64,000 nucleotides of DNA from Candidatus Fervidifonticultor secundus (GCA_031459385.1 JAVKIP010000007.1:32001-96000); one strand, 5' to 3'. Shown: positions 9,636 to 19,966, counted from the first letter of the stretch. Numbers and translations are program-made. Notes: generated by a model not told the origin, from the letters alone.

Positions 9636-10228
9636 CCGTCAGGCGGGAGAAGGCGCGGGTAATGGACGCGTCCGACATGCAGCGGGCGCTGGCGCGCATG
9701 GCCCACGAGATCCTGGAGCGGCACCGGACTGCCGAGCAGCTCGTGCTGGTGGGCATCCGTACGCGCGGCGTGCACCTCGCGGCGCGGCTGGCGGCCGCGA
9801 TCGAGCGCATCGAGCACGTGCAACCGCCCGTCGGCGTCCTGGACGTCACCCGCTATCGCGACGACCGTCCGCAGGGCGGACCGGCGGGCGGGACGCGGGC
9901 GGCGGAAGTGCCGCGGGCGTCCGCGAGCGGCCAGACCTCCGGTGCGCTCAAGCCGCCGGGGTTTCCGGTGGACGCCCGGCACGTGGTGCTGGTGGACGAC
10001 GTGCTCTACACCGGGCGCACCGCGCGCGCCGCGCTGGACGCGCTGGTGGATCGGGGCCGTCCGGCCACGGTTCAGCTGGCGGTCCTCATCGACCGTGGGC
10101 ACCGAGAGCTGCCTATCCGGGCCGACTACGTGGGCAAGAACGTACCTACCAGCCGCCGGGAGCACGTGGCGGTGCGGCTGGTGGAGGAGGACGGGCGCGA
10201 CGAGGTCGTGATCCAGGAGCTGGGGTAG
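9632..10228 (+). CDS. pyrR: Pyrimidine operon attenuation protein/uracil phosphoribosyltransferase
   Basis: [45 protein letters not shown]. Confidence 0.95.
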   Translation: MTVRREKARVMDASDMQRALARMAHEILERHRTAEQLVLVGIRTRGVHLAARLAAAIERIEHVQPPVGVLDVTRYRDDRPQGGPAGGTRAAEVPRASASGQTSGALKPPGFPVDARHVVLVDDVLYTGRTARAALDALVDRGRPATVQLAVLIDRGHRELPIRADYVGKNVPTSRREHVAVRLVEEDGRDEVVIQELG

Positions 10229-10334
10229 ACCTCGCTCGCCCGGGCTTGCGCCTGAGCCACCCCGGGGTGCAACGCACGCCCGCGGCCCCATCACGGTGCG
10301 GGCGCGACCGCGGCCGGAGCAGCCACGAGCGCCC

Positions 10335-10362
10335 TTGACACCGGCCAGCCTGGCGCTATACT
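10335..10362 (+). promoter_or_regulatory. Near-consensus sigma70 promoter
   Basis: TTGACA-N16-TATACT. Confidence 0.65.
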
Positions 10363-10451
10363 GCGGGTAAGTTCACATCTGGCGCGGGCCGCGACGCCCC
10401 ACCTCACATCGAGGTGCGGGCGTCGTTGTGCTTCGCGCCCCGGGGGATGCG

Positions 10452-10628
10452 ATGGCCGAGCAACGCGACGACCCGATGCGCCTGTGGGTGGGAACGTGGC
10501 AGCCCGAGCCGGTCGGTGGCCGGGGACAGGGCCAGCCCCGCGACCGCGCCGCGCCTCACGAACGCGGCGACGCCGACACCTCGCCGGCAAGCGTGGGGGA
10601 GACCAGCACCGTCCGTTCGCTGCTGTAG
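10452..10628 (+). CDS. Possible small protein (58 aa) or non-coding transcript downstream of the promoter and hairpin
   Basis: GGGGGA RBS-like sequence then ATG; the 3' end overlaps rqcH on the opposite strand, so it is doubtful. Confidence 0.25.
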   Translation: MAEQRDDPMRLWVGTWQPEPVGGRGQGQPRDRAAPHERGDADTSPASVGETSTVRSLL

Positions 10629-12277
10629 GTCACCTGCCCGGGATGCCCGCCACGCATCCGCCGCACGTGACGGCGGCGCGTTACGACCACCGGCACGCGG
10701 CTGGCGCCGCGGCCGCGGCTGTAATAGGCGGCTAGGCGTGCGGCGGCCTCCACGATGCCCTCGGGAGGGTCGGCCGGGCCCTGGACGATCACGTGCGCCC
10801 CGGGCAGGTCCCGGGCGTGCAGCCACAGGTCGTCAGGCCGGGCCACGCGGAACGTGATCCGATCGTTGTCGCGCGCGCTGCGGCCCACCAGCGCGCGAAA
10901 CCCGTCGCCGAGGGCGTAGACACGGTACGAGGGCGCGGCCTTCGGCACGGCCGCCCGACCCGGGCGGCGCAATCCCGCTTCCCGCAGGTCCTGGTCGAGT
11001 TCCCAGAGGTCGTCCTCGCCCTCCGCCTGCGCGATTGCCGTGGCCACGGCGTCGAGCCAGTTCCGCTCGGCCTCCAGCTGCGCGCGCCGCGCGGGCAGGC
11101 GGCGGAGCATCGCTTGCGCCTTCGCGTACCGCCGGAAGTACTGCTGCGCGTTCTCGACGGCCGAGCGCGCCGGGTCGAGCGGGATGACGGTGGGCGCGCC
11201 GTCGAAGTGCGGAACCTCGACCGATGCTGCACCGCGCGGCACACGGGCCTGATAGGCGAGGAGCAGCTCGCCCCACTGGCGCAGGCGCGCGCCCTCGGCC
11301 GCCGCGCGTGCCTCGCGGGCCACGGCGGCGAGCGCGCGATCCACCCGTGCCGTGGCCTGCGCGACCACGGTGGCCAGCGTCCGGCGCGCGGCCTCCAGGC
11401 GGTCGGCCGCCTCGGCGCGAGCGGTCACGGCCTCCACGGCCGCGCTCATGGTGGTGGGCTGCGCGACGAGCGCCTGGTAGATGCGGAAGGGGAAGGGCGC
11501 GTAGGCCACGGGCGCGGCTGCGTCGCGGTAGAGCACGGGGGCAAACCTCGCCGCCGCCACGTCCGCCGCCAGCGCCGAGAGCGCGTCGGTCACAGCGTGT
11601 GCCCGGGCAGGGTCGAGCGGGGCGTCGGGCTCCACTCCGGCCCGGGCGCAGAGTTCGTGCGCCAGCGCTGGCCCGATGCCCGCGGTGACGTCCAGCAGCG
11701 TGCGCCATGCCGGCGCGCCGGCGCGCTGTGCTGCCGCGGTCGCCAGCCCGGCCGCGGCCAGCGTTGCGGGCGTCGGCCGCGTCTGCACCGGTGGGGCATA
11801 GGGCCGGCGCGGCCGCACCTCGCGGCCCGGGCCGTCCACGGTACGCAGCGCCCCCACGATCAGCCCCTCCTGCACCAGCACGAGATTGGGGTGCCGCCCG
11901 GCGAGCTCGGCGTGGAGGGACGCCGGGCCTTCCAGCGTGTCCACGGCCACTGTGGCCAGACGCTCGAACGGCGCGGCGATCACGGCGCGGACGATTGCGC
12001 CGGTCAGGCGGCTGCGCACCAGGCCTGCGAACGCGTCCGCCCCGCCAGGCGGCGGCGCAGGGACCTCCACGAACCTGGCCCAGCCCGGCCGGGCGCACGC
12101 CAGCACCAGGCGGGTACGCCCGCCGCCGCGCAGGACCAGCACCACGGCAGCCGGGCCGGCGCCGAGCACGCGCATGATGCGCGCGCCGGCCAGGTCCTGC
12201 AGTTCGGCTACGACGGCGGCCAGCACGACGCTATCGAACGACGAGGGCCAAGAGGCGTTTCCGACCGGTGCCCGCAT
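10556..12277 (-). CDS. rqcH: NFACT/Rqc2 family ribosome quality-control protein (FbpA-like)
   Basis: FDSVVL N-terminus, ELAGRHPNLVL, ENAQQYFRRYAK, VGRSARDND, WLHARDLPGAHV (NFACT-R). Confidence 0.9.
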   Translation of the reverse strand: MRAPVGNASWPSSFDSVVLAAVVAELQDLAGARIMRVLGAGPAAVVLVLRGGGRTRLVLACARPGWARFVEVPAPPPGGADAFAGLVRSRLTGAIVRAVIAAPFERLATVAVDTLEGPASLHAELAGRHPNLVLVQEGLIVGALRTVDGPGREVRPRRPYAPPVQTRPTPATLAAAGLATAAAQRAGAPAWRTLLDVTAGIGPALAHELCARAGVEPDAPLDPARAHAVTDALSALAADVAAARFAPVLYRDAAAPVAYAPFPFRIYQALVAQPTTMSAAVEAVTARAEAADRLEAARRTLATVVAQATARVDRALAAVAREARAAAEGARLRQWGELLLAYQARVPRGAASVEVPHFDGAPTVIPLDPARSAVENAQQYFRRYAKAQAMLRRLPARRAQLEAERNWLDAVATAIAQAEGEDDLWELDQDLREAGLRRPGRAAVPKAAPSYRVYALGDGFRALVGRSARDNDRITFRVARPDDLWLHARDLPGAHVIVQGPADPPEGIVEAAARLAAYYSRGRGASRVPVVVTRRRHVRRMRGGHPGQVTYSSERTVLVSPTLAGEVSASPRS

Positions 12278-12364
12278 GCCGTCTTGCACGATACGGCTTC
12301 CGGCCCCGCAGCGCAACCGCCGGCACGGCGCACCGTGAGCGCAGCGCCCTGTTGCGGTGCCCGG

Positions 12365-12394
12365 GCAGGAGGCGTCTTCCGGTGGGCCGAAGTG
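12365..12394 (+). promoter_or_regulatory. Sigma-H-like promoter for yicC-remA
   Basis: GCAGGA-N18-GAAG immediately before the GTG start. Confidence 0.4.
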
Positions 12395-12401
12395 TGACCG
12401 C

Positions 12402-13283
12402 GTGATCCGCAGCATGACCGGTTTTGGCGCCGCCGCCGTGTCCCTGCCTGGAGGGCGGCTGGCGGTGGAGATGCGCTCGGTCAACCACCGGTTCAGCGAG
12501 ATCCAGATCCGGCTGCCGCGGGATCTGGCCGGGCTGGAAGATCGGGTCCGCGCGGTGGTGCAGGGGCGGGTCCTGCGCGGCCGAGTGGAAGTCAGCGTGA
12601 CCCGCGAGGACAGCGGCCGGCGGGCAAGGGTCGTGCGGGCCGACACCGATCTCGCCGCGGCGTATGCGCAGGCGCTCCGGACCCTCGCCCGCGCGGTCGG
12701 CGCCGCCGGCGACGTGACGATCGACCACCTGGCGGCGTTGCCCGACGTGGTCGGGGTCGAGGAGGATCGCCCTGAGCTCGACGCCGTCTGGCCCCCGCTG
12801 GAAGAGGCGGTGCGGTCCGCCGCCGACGCCCTGGTGGCGATGCGGGCGGCGGAGGGGCGACGGCTCGCCCAGGACGTCCTGGCGCGGCTGGACGCACTCG
12901 GGCAGGCCGCAGAGGTCATCGCCGCGCGCAGCCGGCTGGTGGTGCAGGCCTACCGCGACCGCCTCCGGGCGCGCCTGGCCGAACTGTTGGGCGACGTGCC
13001 GGTGGACGAGGCGCGCATCGCCACGGAGCTGGCCGTCGTCGCCGAGCGCAGCGACATCACCGAAGAGCTGGTGCGGTTTCGCAGCCACCTCGCACAGTTC
13101 CGCGACACGGTGCTGGGCGAGGACGGCGCGGTGGGGCGCAAGCTGGAGTTCATCCTCCAGGAGATGGGGCGCGAGGTCAACACCGTCGGCGCCAAGGCCA
13201 ACGACCTGGAGATCACCCGGCAGGTCATCGCCATGAAGGCCGAACTGGAGAGCCTGCGGGAACAGGTGCAGAACGTCGAGTGA
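12402..13283 (+). CDS. yicC: YicC/YloC family endoribonuclease
   Basis: [47 protein letters not shown]. Confidence 0.95.
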   Translation: MIRSMTGFGAAAVSLPGGRLAVEMRSVNHRFSEIQIRLPRDLAGLEDRVRAVVQGRVLRGRVEVSVTREDSGRRARVVRADTDLAAAYAQALRTLARAVGAAGDVTIDHLAALPDVVGVEEDRPELDAVWPPLEEAVRSAADALVAMRAAEGRRLAQDVLARLDALGQAAEVIAARSRLVVQAYRDRLRARLAELLGDVPVDEARIATELAVVAERSDITEELVRFRSHLAQFRDTVLGEDGAVGRKLEFILQEMGREVNTVGAKANDLEITRQVIAMKAELESLREQVQNVE

Positions 13284-13299
13284 GGAGCAGCCGGGACGC

Positions 13300-13566
13300 A
13301 TGGAGCCGCGCCTCATCAACATCGGATTCGGCAATATCCTCGCGGCGAACCGCATCGTGGCCATCATCAGCCCCGACTCCGCGCCCGTCAAACGCATCAT
13401 TCAGGAGGCCCGCGAGCGCGGCACGCTGATCGATGCGACCTACGGCCGCCGGACCCGGGCGGTCGTCATCACCGACAGCGGGCACGTGGTGCTCGCCGCG
13501 GTCCAGCCCGAGACCGTTGCCCACCGCTACACCGCGCGCGACGACGGCGGGGACACGGCGGAGTGA
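13300..13566 (+). CDS. remA: DUF370/RemA family regulator
   Basis: [29 protein letters not shown]; follows yicC as usual. Confidence 0.93.
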   Translation: MEPRLINIGFGNILAANRIVAIISPDSAPVKRIIQEARERGTLIDATYGRRTRAVVITDSGHVVLAAVQPETVAHRYTARDDGGDTAE

Positions 13567-14114
13567 AGGTGCCGGCGGTCACCGTCGCCGTCGGTGGCCC
13601 CATCGGCGTCGGCAAGACGACCGTGGCGCGTCTGCTCGCCGATCGGCTCGGCGTGCCCCTGATCTCGGCCGGGAGCGTCTTCCGCGAAGTGGCGCGGCGG
13701 CGCGGCGTCTCGGTCGTCGACCTGAACCGGCTCGCCGAGACCGACACGTCCATCGACCGCGACCTGGATCGCCTGCAGGGCGAGCTGGCCCGCGCAGGTC
13801 CGTGCGTCGTCGAGTCGCGCCTGTCGGGCTGGATGGTGCAGGCAGACCTCAAGGTCTGGCTCGACGCGCCGCTGGCGGTGCGTGCGGCTCGCGTGGCGGC
13901 CCGCGAGGGCCAGCCCCCGGCGCACGCACGTCAGGCGCTGCTCGAGCGCGAGAGCAGCGAGTGGTCGCGCTACAAGACGTTGTACGGTATCGAGTTCAGC
14001 GATCGCACGCCCTACCACGTGGTCATCGACACGAGCCGGTGGGACCCTGAGGTGATCGTCGACGTGCTCGAGCGCCTGGCGCGCGCGCTACGCCCGGCGG
14101 CGCACGCGCGGTAG
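13563..14114 (+). CDS. cmk: Cytidylate kinase, archaeal type (CmkB-like)
   Basis: [10 protein letters not shown]-loop, [33 protein letters not shown]. Confidence 0.85.
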   Translation: MKVPAVTVAVGGPIGVGKTTVARLLADRLGVPLISAGSVFREVARRRGVSVVDLNRLAETDTSIDRDLDRLQGELARAGPCVVESRLSGWMVQADLKVWLDAPLAVRAARVAAREGQPPAHARQALLERESSEWSRYKTLYGIEFSDRTPYHVVIDTSRWDPEVIVDVLERLARALRPAAHAR

Positions 14115-14130
14115 CCCCGGCCGCCGGGCG

Positions 14131-16248
14131 ATGTCCCCGTCCGCGCCCGCCGATTCCGCCGCGGACGCGCTCCTGGTGGCGCTCGACGTTCCGCTGCGCG
14201 CCGGCGACCTGGCGTTCACCTACAGCGCGGGGCCGGCCGCGGGCGCGCGCGCCGGCGACGGCGTGATCGTCCCGTTCGGCGCGCGCCTGCTCCCGGGCAT
14301 CGTGCTGGGCCCCGGCACCCCGCGGCCAGGCCTGCGCCCGGTCCTCGCGCGCGTGGAGGAAGGGCCGCTCGTCCCGCCCGCGGTGCTGGCGCTCGCCGCG
14401 TGGACGGCACACGAGTATCTCTCCACGGTGGGCGAGGCCCTGGCCGTGGCGACGCCGTGGGATGCGCTATGGCACACGGTGCGGCTGGAACTGCCGCCCG
14501 ACGCCCGGGGGCTGTCCCGCGCGCGGAGGGGCACGACCGGTCCTCGTCTCGTCTCGCTGGCGGGCGCGATGCAGGCCCTGCGGCGCACCCCGGAGCTGCT
14601 GGATCGCCTGGTGGAACGCGGAAGCGTTCGCGTGCACCTGCCGGCCGCGAGGGCATTGACCGGCGAGTATGACGCCCTCACGGTGCTGCCTGCCGCGGCC
14701 GCGGCGCTGGCCGGCGCCGATGCGGCCACCCCGCACGACCGGGCCGGCGCGCAGCGCTGGCCACCGCTGGAACGGCCGCTGCGCGAGGCGCTGGAGGCAA
14801 GGCTGCCAGGCGTCGTGCTGGCCGGATGGCGGCGTGCGCCCGCCTATCTAACCGCCATCGACGTCGCGCGCGCCGCGGGCCTGACGTGCATAGCGGCGTT
14901 CCCCTCGATCGAGGCCGCCGAGACGTTCGCGGGGCTCGCGGCGCGCGCGGGCCTGGCGCCCGTCCTGCTGCACGCGGGTCTGCCGCCGGCCCGGCGCCTG
15001 GCCGCCTGGCAGGCGGCGGCAGCCGCGCAGCTGGTGGTGGGCACGCGGGCGGCTGTGTTCGCGCCGGTGCGCGACCCCGCGCTGGTCATCGTCGATGAAG
15101 AGGACGCCGCCGGGCACAAGGAGGAACGGGCCCCGCGCTACGTGACCGCGGCCGTGGCACGCTGCAGGGCGGCCGCGGGCGGGCTCGTGTTGCTGGGCAG
15201 CACCACACCCACCGTGGCCACGTACGCCGCCGTGCGCGACGGGCGCTACCGTCTCGTGGCCTTGCCGGGCCGGCCGCGCTTGGGCGTGGTCGACCTGCGC
15301 CGGCGGCCGCCCGATGCCGCGCCGGTCAGCACGCCGGTGCTGACTGCGATCCGGCGGGCGGCGCGCACGCGCGGCCGGGCCGTGGTCATCGTCGACCGCA
15401 GGGGATTCGCCGGCGGCCTGCAGTGCGGCGAGTGCGGCACCGTGGCGCGTTGCGCCGCGTGCGGCGTGGCGCTGCGGTACGAGCGGGCGCGGCGGCGGCT
15501 GCGGTGCCAGCTGTGCGGCCGGGCGGCGGGGGTGCCCGCGACGTGCGGCCGGTGCGGCGGCACGCGGCTGCGGGCCGTGGGGGGCGGGACCGAGCGCGTG
15601 GCGGCGGCGTTGCGGCGGGAGGCGGTGCGGGTGTGGCGGCTCGATCGCGACGTGGCGCCGCGCGGCGTCGCAGCCGGCGCGGTCCTGGCACCGTTCGTCC
15701 GCGCAGGCGGGGTGCTGGTGGCCACCCCCCTGGTCCTGCCCTGGCTGGAGACGCTGCGGCCGCAGGTCGTCGCATTCGTGGACGCCGACCGGCTGCTGCA
15801 CCGGCCGGAGTACCGCGCGACGGAGCGCGCCCTGGCACTGATCCGCGCGGTGGGGCTCGCCTCGGGCACCCTGGTGCTCGTGGAGACGTCGGATCCCGAG
15901 CACCCTGCCCTGCGCGCCGCCGTCGCGCCCACGCTGCGCGGCTTCTACGCCGAGGAGCTCGCGCAGCGTGCGGCGCTGGGCTATCCGCCGGCACGCTCCC
16001 TCATCCTGTTGACGATCACTGGCACCGCCGCTGCGGTGGAGGCGGTGATGGCGCGCCTGCAGGCCGGGGCGCCGCCCGGTGTCGAGGTCCTGGGCCCGAC
16101 GCCGGCGCCAGGGCCGCGGCCCCGGCACCAGGTGGTGCTCAAGGCCGCAGATCGCGACGCGGCGCGGGCGCTGGTGCTGCCGCTGCTGGCAGGTGGCGCG
16201 CCACGCACCGCGCAGATCGCGGCCGACGTGGACCCCCACGAGCTGTAG
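14131..16248 (+). CDS. priA: Primosomal protein N' with degenerate helicase motifs
   Basis: N-terminal FTY..VPFG, VGTRAAVFAP, DEE..K..RAPRY, four CxxC zinc knuckles, GTER, DVDP C-terminus; upstream of def-fmt. Confidence 0.88.
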   Translation: MSPSAPADSAADALLVALDVPLRAGDLAFTYSAGPAAGARAGDGVIVPFGARLLPGIVLGPGTPRPGLRPVLARVEEGPLVPPAVLALAAWTAHEYLSTVGEALAVATPWDALWHTVRLELPPDARGLSRARRGTTGPRLVSLAGAMQALRRTPELLDRLVERGSVRVHLPAARALTGEYDALTVLPAAAAALAGADAATPHDRAGAQRWPPLERPLREALEARLPGVVLAGWRRAPAYLTAIDVARAAGLTCIAAFPSIEAAETFAGLAARAGLAPVLLHAGLPPARRLAAWQAAAAAQLVVGTRAAVFAPVRDPALVIVDEEDAAGHKEERAPRYVTAAVARCRAAAGGLVLLGSTTPTVATYAAVRDGRYRLVALPGRPRLGVVDLRRRPPDAAPVSTPVLTAIRRAARTRGRAVVIVDRRGFAGGLQCGECGTVARCAACGVALRYERARRRLRCQLCGRAAGVPATCGRCGGTRLRAVGGGTERVAAALRREAVRVWRLDRDVAPRGVAAGAVLAPFVRAGGVLVATPLVLPWLETLRPQVVAFVDADRLLHRPEYRATERALALIRAVGLASGTLVLVETSDPEHPALRAAVAPTLRGFYAEELAQRAALGYPPARSLILLTITGTAAAVEAVMARLQAGAPPGVEVLGPTPAPGPRPRHQVVLKAADRDAARALVLPLLAGGAPRTAQIAADVDPHEL

Positions 16249-16286
16249 ACAGTCTGCCCCCTGCGCGTGGTATGGTGGGGGACGAG

Positions 16287-16844
16287 ATGCCGACGGCAAC
16301 ACGTCTGGAGATCATCACCGTCGCCAGCCCCCGGGCCGCCGTGTTGCGCCGGAAGGCCCGGCCCGTGGGCCGGGTCACGCGCGAGGTGGCGCAGTTGATC
16401 GACGCGATGCTCGCCACCATGGAGGCGGCGGGCGGGCTCGGCCTGGCCGCACCGCAGGTCGGCGAGAGCGTGCGCGTCTTCGTCGCGAGGGTCGAGGACC
16501 GCACGCTCGCGCTGGTGGATCCCGAGATCGTGCGCGCCGAGGGAGAGATCACCGACACCGAGGGCTGCCTGTCCATTCCCGGGGTGATCGGCGAGGTCCC
16601 GCGCGCGGCGGCCGTCACGGTCCGCGGGAAGACCCGGCGTGGGCGGCGCGTGACGATCCCGGCCGAGGGGTTGCTGGCACGGGTGATCCAGCACGAGATC
16701 GACCACCTGGACGGCGTGCTCTTCCTCGATCGCGTGCGGGACCCGGCGACGATCCGTCAGCTGTCGGTCGCCGCGGGGACCGATGCCGCGGCGCCCCAGG
16801 CGGCCACGACCAGGGCCGGCGACGCGCACCCCGCCATCGGATGA
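16287..16844 (+). CDS. def: Peptide deformylase
   Basis: GLGLAAPQVG, EGCLS, QHEIDHLDG. Confidence 0.96.
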   Translation: MPTATRLEIITVASPRAAVLRRKARPVGRVTREVAQLIDAMLATMEAAGGLGLAAPQVGESVRVFVARVEDRTLALVDPEIVRAEGEITDTEGCLSIPGVIGEVPRAAAVTVRGKTRRGRRVTIPAEGLLARVIQHEIDHLDGVLFLDRVRDPATIRQLSVAAGTDAAAPQAATTRAGDAHPAIG

Positions 16845-17821
16845 CCGGGGCGGACCCCACGCCGCTCCGGGTGCTCTTCTTTGGCACTCCCGAGTTCGCC
16901 TTGCCATCGCTCGAGGCCCTGGTCCGGATCGCCACGGTGGTCGCCGTGGTGAGCCAGCCCGACCGGCCTGCGGGTCGGGGGCGCCGGCTCACGCCCCCGC
17001 CGGTGGCCGCGGCCGCTCGCCGCATGGGCCTGCCGTTGCTGCAGCCAGCGCGGCTGCGGGACCCGGTCGTCCTCGACGCCCTGCGGGCGCTTGCGCCGGA
17101 GCTCGGCGTCACGGTGGCCTACGGCCGCCTCCTCCCGCCAGCTGTGCTGGCCCTGCCGCCGCTGGGATGCATCAACCTGCACCCGTCGCTGTTGCCGCGC
17201 TATCGCGGTGCGTCGCCGATCCAGGCGGCGATTGCCGATGGCGCGGCCGTCACCGGGGTAACGGTGCTCTACATGACCGACGAGCTCGACGCCGGGGACA
17301 TCATCCTCCAGCAGGAGGTCCCGATTCATCCCGAGGAGACGGCCGGGGAACTGGAGGCGCGGCTCGCGCACGCGGGCGCTGCGCTGCTCGCCGAGGCGGT
17401 GCGCCTGCTGGCGGCGGGCGCGGCGCCCCGGCGCCCCCAGGACCACGCGCAGGCCACGTACACCGGCCGGCTGTCGAAGGCTGACGGGCTGCTCGACTGG
17501 ACCCGGCCCGCTGTGGCCATCGTCAATCAGATCCGCGCGCTGACGCCCTGGCCGTCGGCCTACACCTACTGGCGGGGGATGCCGCTCAAGATCTGGCGGG
17601 CGCGTGCGGTCGCGGCTGCAGCCGACGGCCAGCCCGGCGAGGTCGTCGCGGTGAGCGCGGACGGCATCACCGTGGCGGCCGGCGCCGGCACCGTGCTGCT
17701 GCTGGAGGTCCAGCCGCCCGGCGGGGTGCGCATGCCCGCCGGGGCGTTTGCCCGCGGCCACCCGATCCGGCCGGGCGACCTGCTGGGCGGTGCCCCCGTG
17801 CCGGGGAAGATGCTAGAATGA
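16841..17821 (+). CDS. fmt: Methionyl-tRNA formyltransferase
   Basis: FFGTPEFA, SQPDRPAGRG, NLHPSLLPRYRGASPIQ, LDAGDI. Confidence 0.96.
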   Translation: MTGADPTPLRVLFFGTPEFALPSLEALVRIATVVAVVSQPDRPAGRGRRLTPPPVAAAARRMGLPLLQPARLRDPVVLDALRALAPELGVTVAYGRLLPPAVLALPPLGCINLHPSLLPRYRGASPIQAAIADGAAVTGVTVLYMTDELDAGDIILQQEVPIHPEETAGELEARLAHAGAALLAEAVRLLAAGAAPRRPQDHAQATYTGRLSKADGLLDWTRPAVAIVNQIRALTPWPSAYTYWRGMPLKIWRARAVAAAADGQPGEVVAVSADGITVAAGAGTVLLLEVQPPGGVRMPAGAFARGHPIRPGDLLGGAPVPGKMLE

Positions 17822-17848
17822 GACAGTCACCACGGAGGAGGAGAGGCG

Positions 17849-18532
17849 ATGTTCTTCGACAGCTCGTACGTCATCGTGCTGCCGGGCATCCTCCTGGCGC
17901 TCTACGCGCAGTGGAAGGTCCACAGTACGTTCCAGCGGTTCAGCCAGGTTCCCACCATGGCCGGGCGGACCGGAGCGGAGATCGCCGCCGAGCTGCTGCG
18001 TCGGCGCGGCGTGCGCGGCGTGACGGTCGAGCCCGTCCAGGGCCTGCTCGCCGACCACTACGACCCGCGCACCAAGACGCTGCGGCTCTCGCCCGCCGTC
18101 TACGGCAGCGCCTCGGTGGCCGCCGTGGGCGTGGCTGCCCATGAGTGCGGGCATGCGCTGCAGCACCACGAGGGCTACGCGCCGCTGGCGCTGCGCAGTG
18201 CCATCGTGCCGGTCGCCACGCTGGGCACGAACGCCGCCATCATCCTGTTCATGATCGGGCTGTTCGCCAGCCTGCGGCCGCTCATGGACCTGGGCATCCT
18301 GCTCTTCCTGGGCTACATCGCGTTCTCGCTCATCACGCTGCCGGTGGAGTTCGACGCGAGCCGGCGGGCGGTGGCCGCCCTGCAGCGCGAAGGCCTAGTG
18401 ACCTCGGGCGAGGCCGACGGCACGCGGCAGGTCCTGAACGCCGCCGCGCTGACCTACGTGGCGGCTGCGGCCATGGCGGTGCTGCAGCTGGTGCGCCTGG
18501 TGGCCCTGCGCAATATGCGTGACAACGAGTAG
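17849..18532 (+). CDS. Zinc metallopeptidase, YugP family
   Basis: DHYDP, AAHECGHALQH, TLPVEFDAS, AAALTYVA. Confidence 0.93.
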   Translation: MFFDSSYVIVLPGILLALYAQWKVHSTFQRFSQVPTMAGRTGAEIAAELLRRRGVRGVTVEPVQGLLADHYDPRTKTLRLSPAVYGSASVAAVGVAAHECGHALQHHEGYAPLALRSAIVPVATLGTNAAIILFMIGLFASLRPLMDLGILLFLGYIAFSLITLPVEFDASRRAVAALQREGLVTSGEADGTRQVLNAAALTYVAAAAMAVLQLVRLVALRNMRDNE

Positions 18533-19892
18533 CCGCGCCGTCACGGCGCCGGCGCCTGCCCGGGAAGCCGCGTTCACCGTCCTGCTGCGCACGGAGGCGG
18601 CCGGGGCGTTTGCCACGGTCCTGCTGTTCCGCACGCTGCAGCGCTCGCGGCTGGCAGCAGCCGACCGGGCCCTGGCGACGACGCTCGTGCTGGGGGTGTT
18701 GCGGCACCGCGGGCGCCTGGACTGGGCGCTGGCGGCGTTCCTGCGCCGGCCGCTCCACGACCTGCCCCCGGCGATCCGCACCATCCTGCGCCTGGGCGCG
18801 TATCAGGTGCTGGACCTGACACGCATTCCCGCGGCGGTCGCGGTGGACGAGGCCGTGGCTCTGGCCCGGCGCCACGGGCATCCCGGTACCGCCGGCCTCG
18901 TCAACGCTGTGTTGCGGCGGCTCAGCGCCGACGGGTCGCCGCCTCCACCCGACCCGGCCGCCGACCCGGCCGGCCACCTGGCCGTGGTCCACTCGCAGCC
19001 GCGCTGGCTGGTCGAGCGCTGGCTGGCCCGGTGGGATGCCGCGGACGTTACTGCGCTGGCCGCGGCCTGCACGCGCCCGGCACCCTCGGTCGTGCGCGCC
19101 AACACGCTGGTCGCCACCCCGGAGGAAGTGCGTCTGGCGCTGGCCGCGCGCGGCGTGCCCGTCGCCGCCGGGCTGCTGCCCGAAGCCCTGCGGGTGCGGG
19201 GCGCGCTCACCGCCCGCCTGCCGCTGTACGCCCGTGGCCTGTTCGCCATGCAGGACGAGGGCGCGATGGTGGTGGCCCGCGCCCTGGCGCCGACGGCGGG
19301 CAGCGTCGTCATCGACGCCTGTGCGGCGCCCGGCGGGAAGACCAGTCACCTGGCCGCGCTGATGCGCAACACCGGGCGGCTCGTCGCGTGCGACGTGCAC
19401 CCCGGCAAGCTCGCCGCGCTGGCGCACCGCTGCGCCACCATGGGCGCCTCGAACGTCGAGGCCCATCACCTGGACGCGCGGAGTCTGGGGAGGGCGTTTC
19501 CCCGACAGGCCGATGCCGTGCTCGTGGATGCACCGTGCACGGGGCTAGGGGTGGTGCGGCGCCGGCCCGACGTGAAGTGGCGCGTCGCCGCCGGCGACCT
19601 GGCGCGGTGCGCCGCGCTGCAGCGCGAGATCCTGGCCGGGGCTGCTGGCGCGGTCCGGTCCGGCGGCGTGCTGGTCTACAGCGTCTGCAGCCTGGAGCCC
19701 GAGGAGGGGCCGGACGTCGTCCGCGCCTTCCTGGGCCGCCACCCGGAGTTTCGCTTCGACTCGCTGCCCGCGACCGTCCCCCGGACGGTGAACGGCTGGC
19801 CCCTGGAGGGTGCGGAGGCAGGAGAGGTACTCCTGCTGCCGCACCGGCACGACACGGATGGCTTCTACGTGGCCCGGCTGGCGCGACGGTGA
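18519..19892 (+). CDS. rsmB: 16S rRNA m5C967 methyltransferase (Sun)
   Basis: NusB-like N-domain, QDEG, DACAAPGGK, DAPCTGLG, YSVCS, TDGFY. Confidence 0.94.
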   Translation: MTTSSRAVTAPAPAREAAFTVLLRTEAAGAFATVLLFRTLQRSRLAAADRALATTLVLGVLRHRGRLDWALAAFLRRPLHDLPPAIRTILRLGAYQVLDLTRIPAAVAVDEAVALARRHGHPGTAGLVNAVLRRLSADGSPPPPDPAADPAGHLAVVHSQPRWLVERWLARWDAADVTALAAACTRPAPSVVRANTLVATPEEVRLALAARGVPVAAGLLPEALRVRGALTARLPLYARGLFAMQDEGAMVVARALAPTAGSVVIDACAAPGGKTSHLAALMRNTGRLVACDVHPGKLAALAHRCATMGASNVEAHHLDARSLGRAFPRQADAVLVDAPCTGLGVVRRRPDVKWRVAAGDLARCAALQREILAGAAGAVRSGGVLVYSVCSLEPEEGPDVVRAFLGRHPEFRFDSLPATVPRTVNGWPLEGAEAGEVLLLPHRHDTDGFYVARLARR

Positions 19893-19966
19893 TCCACGCC
19901 GCCCGCGGCTCGAGGGCCTATAATCAGACGCGTCGGGAGCCCCGCGTGCCCGGGGGATGCCTGTCC

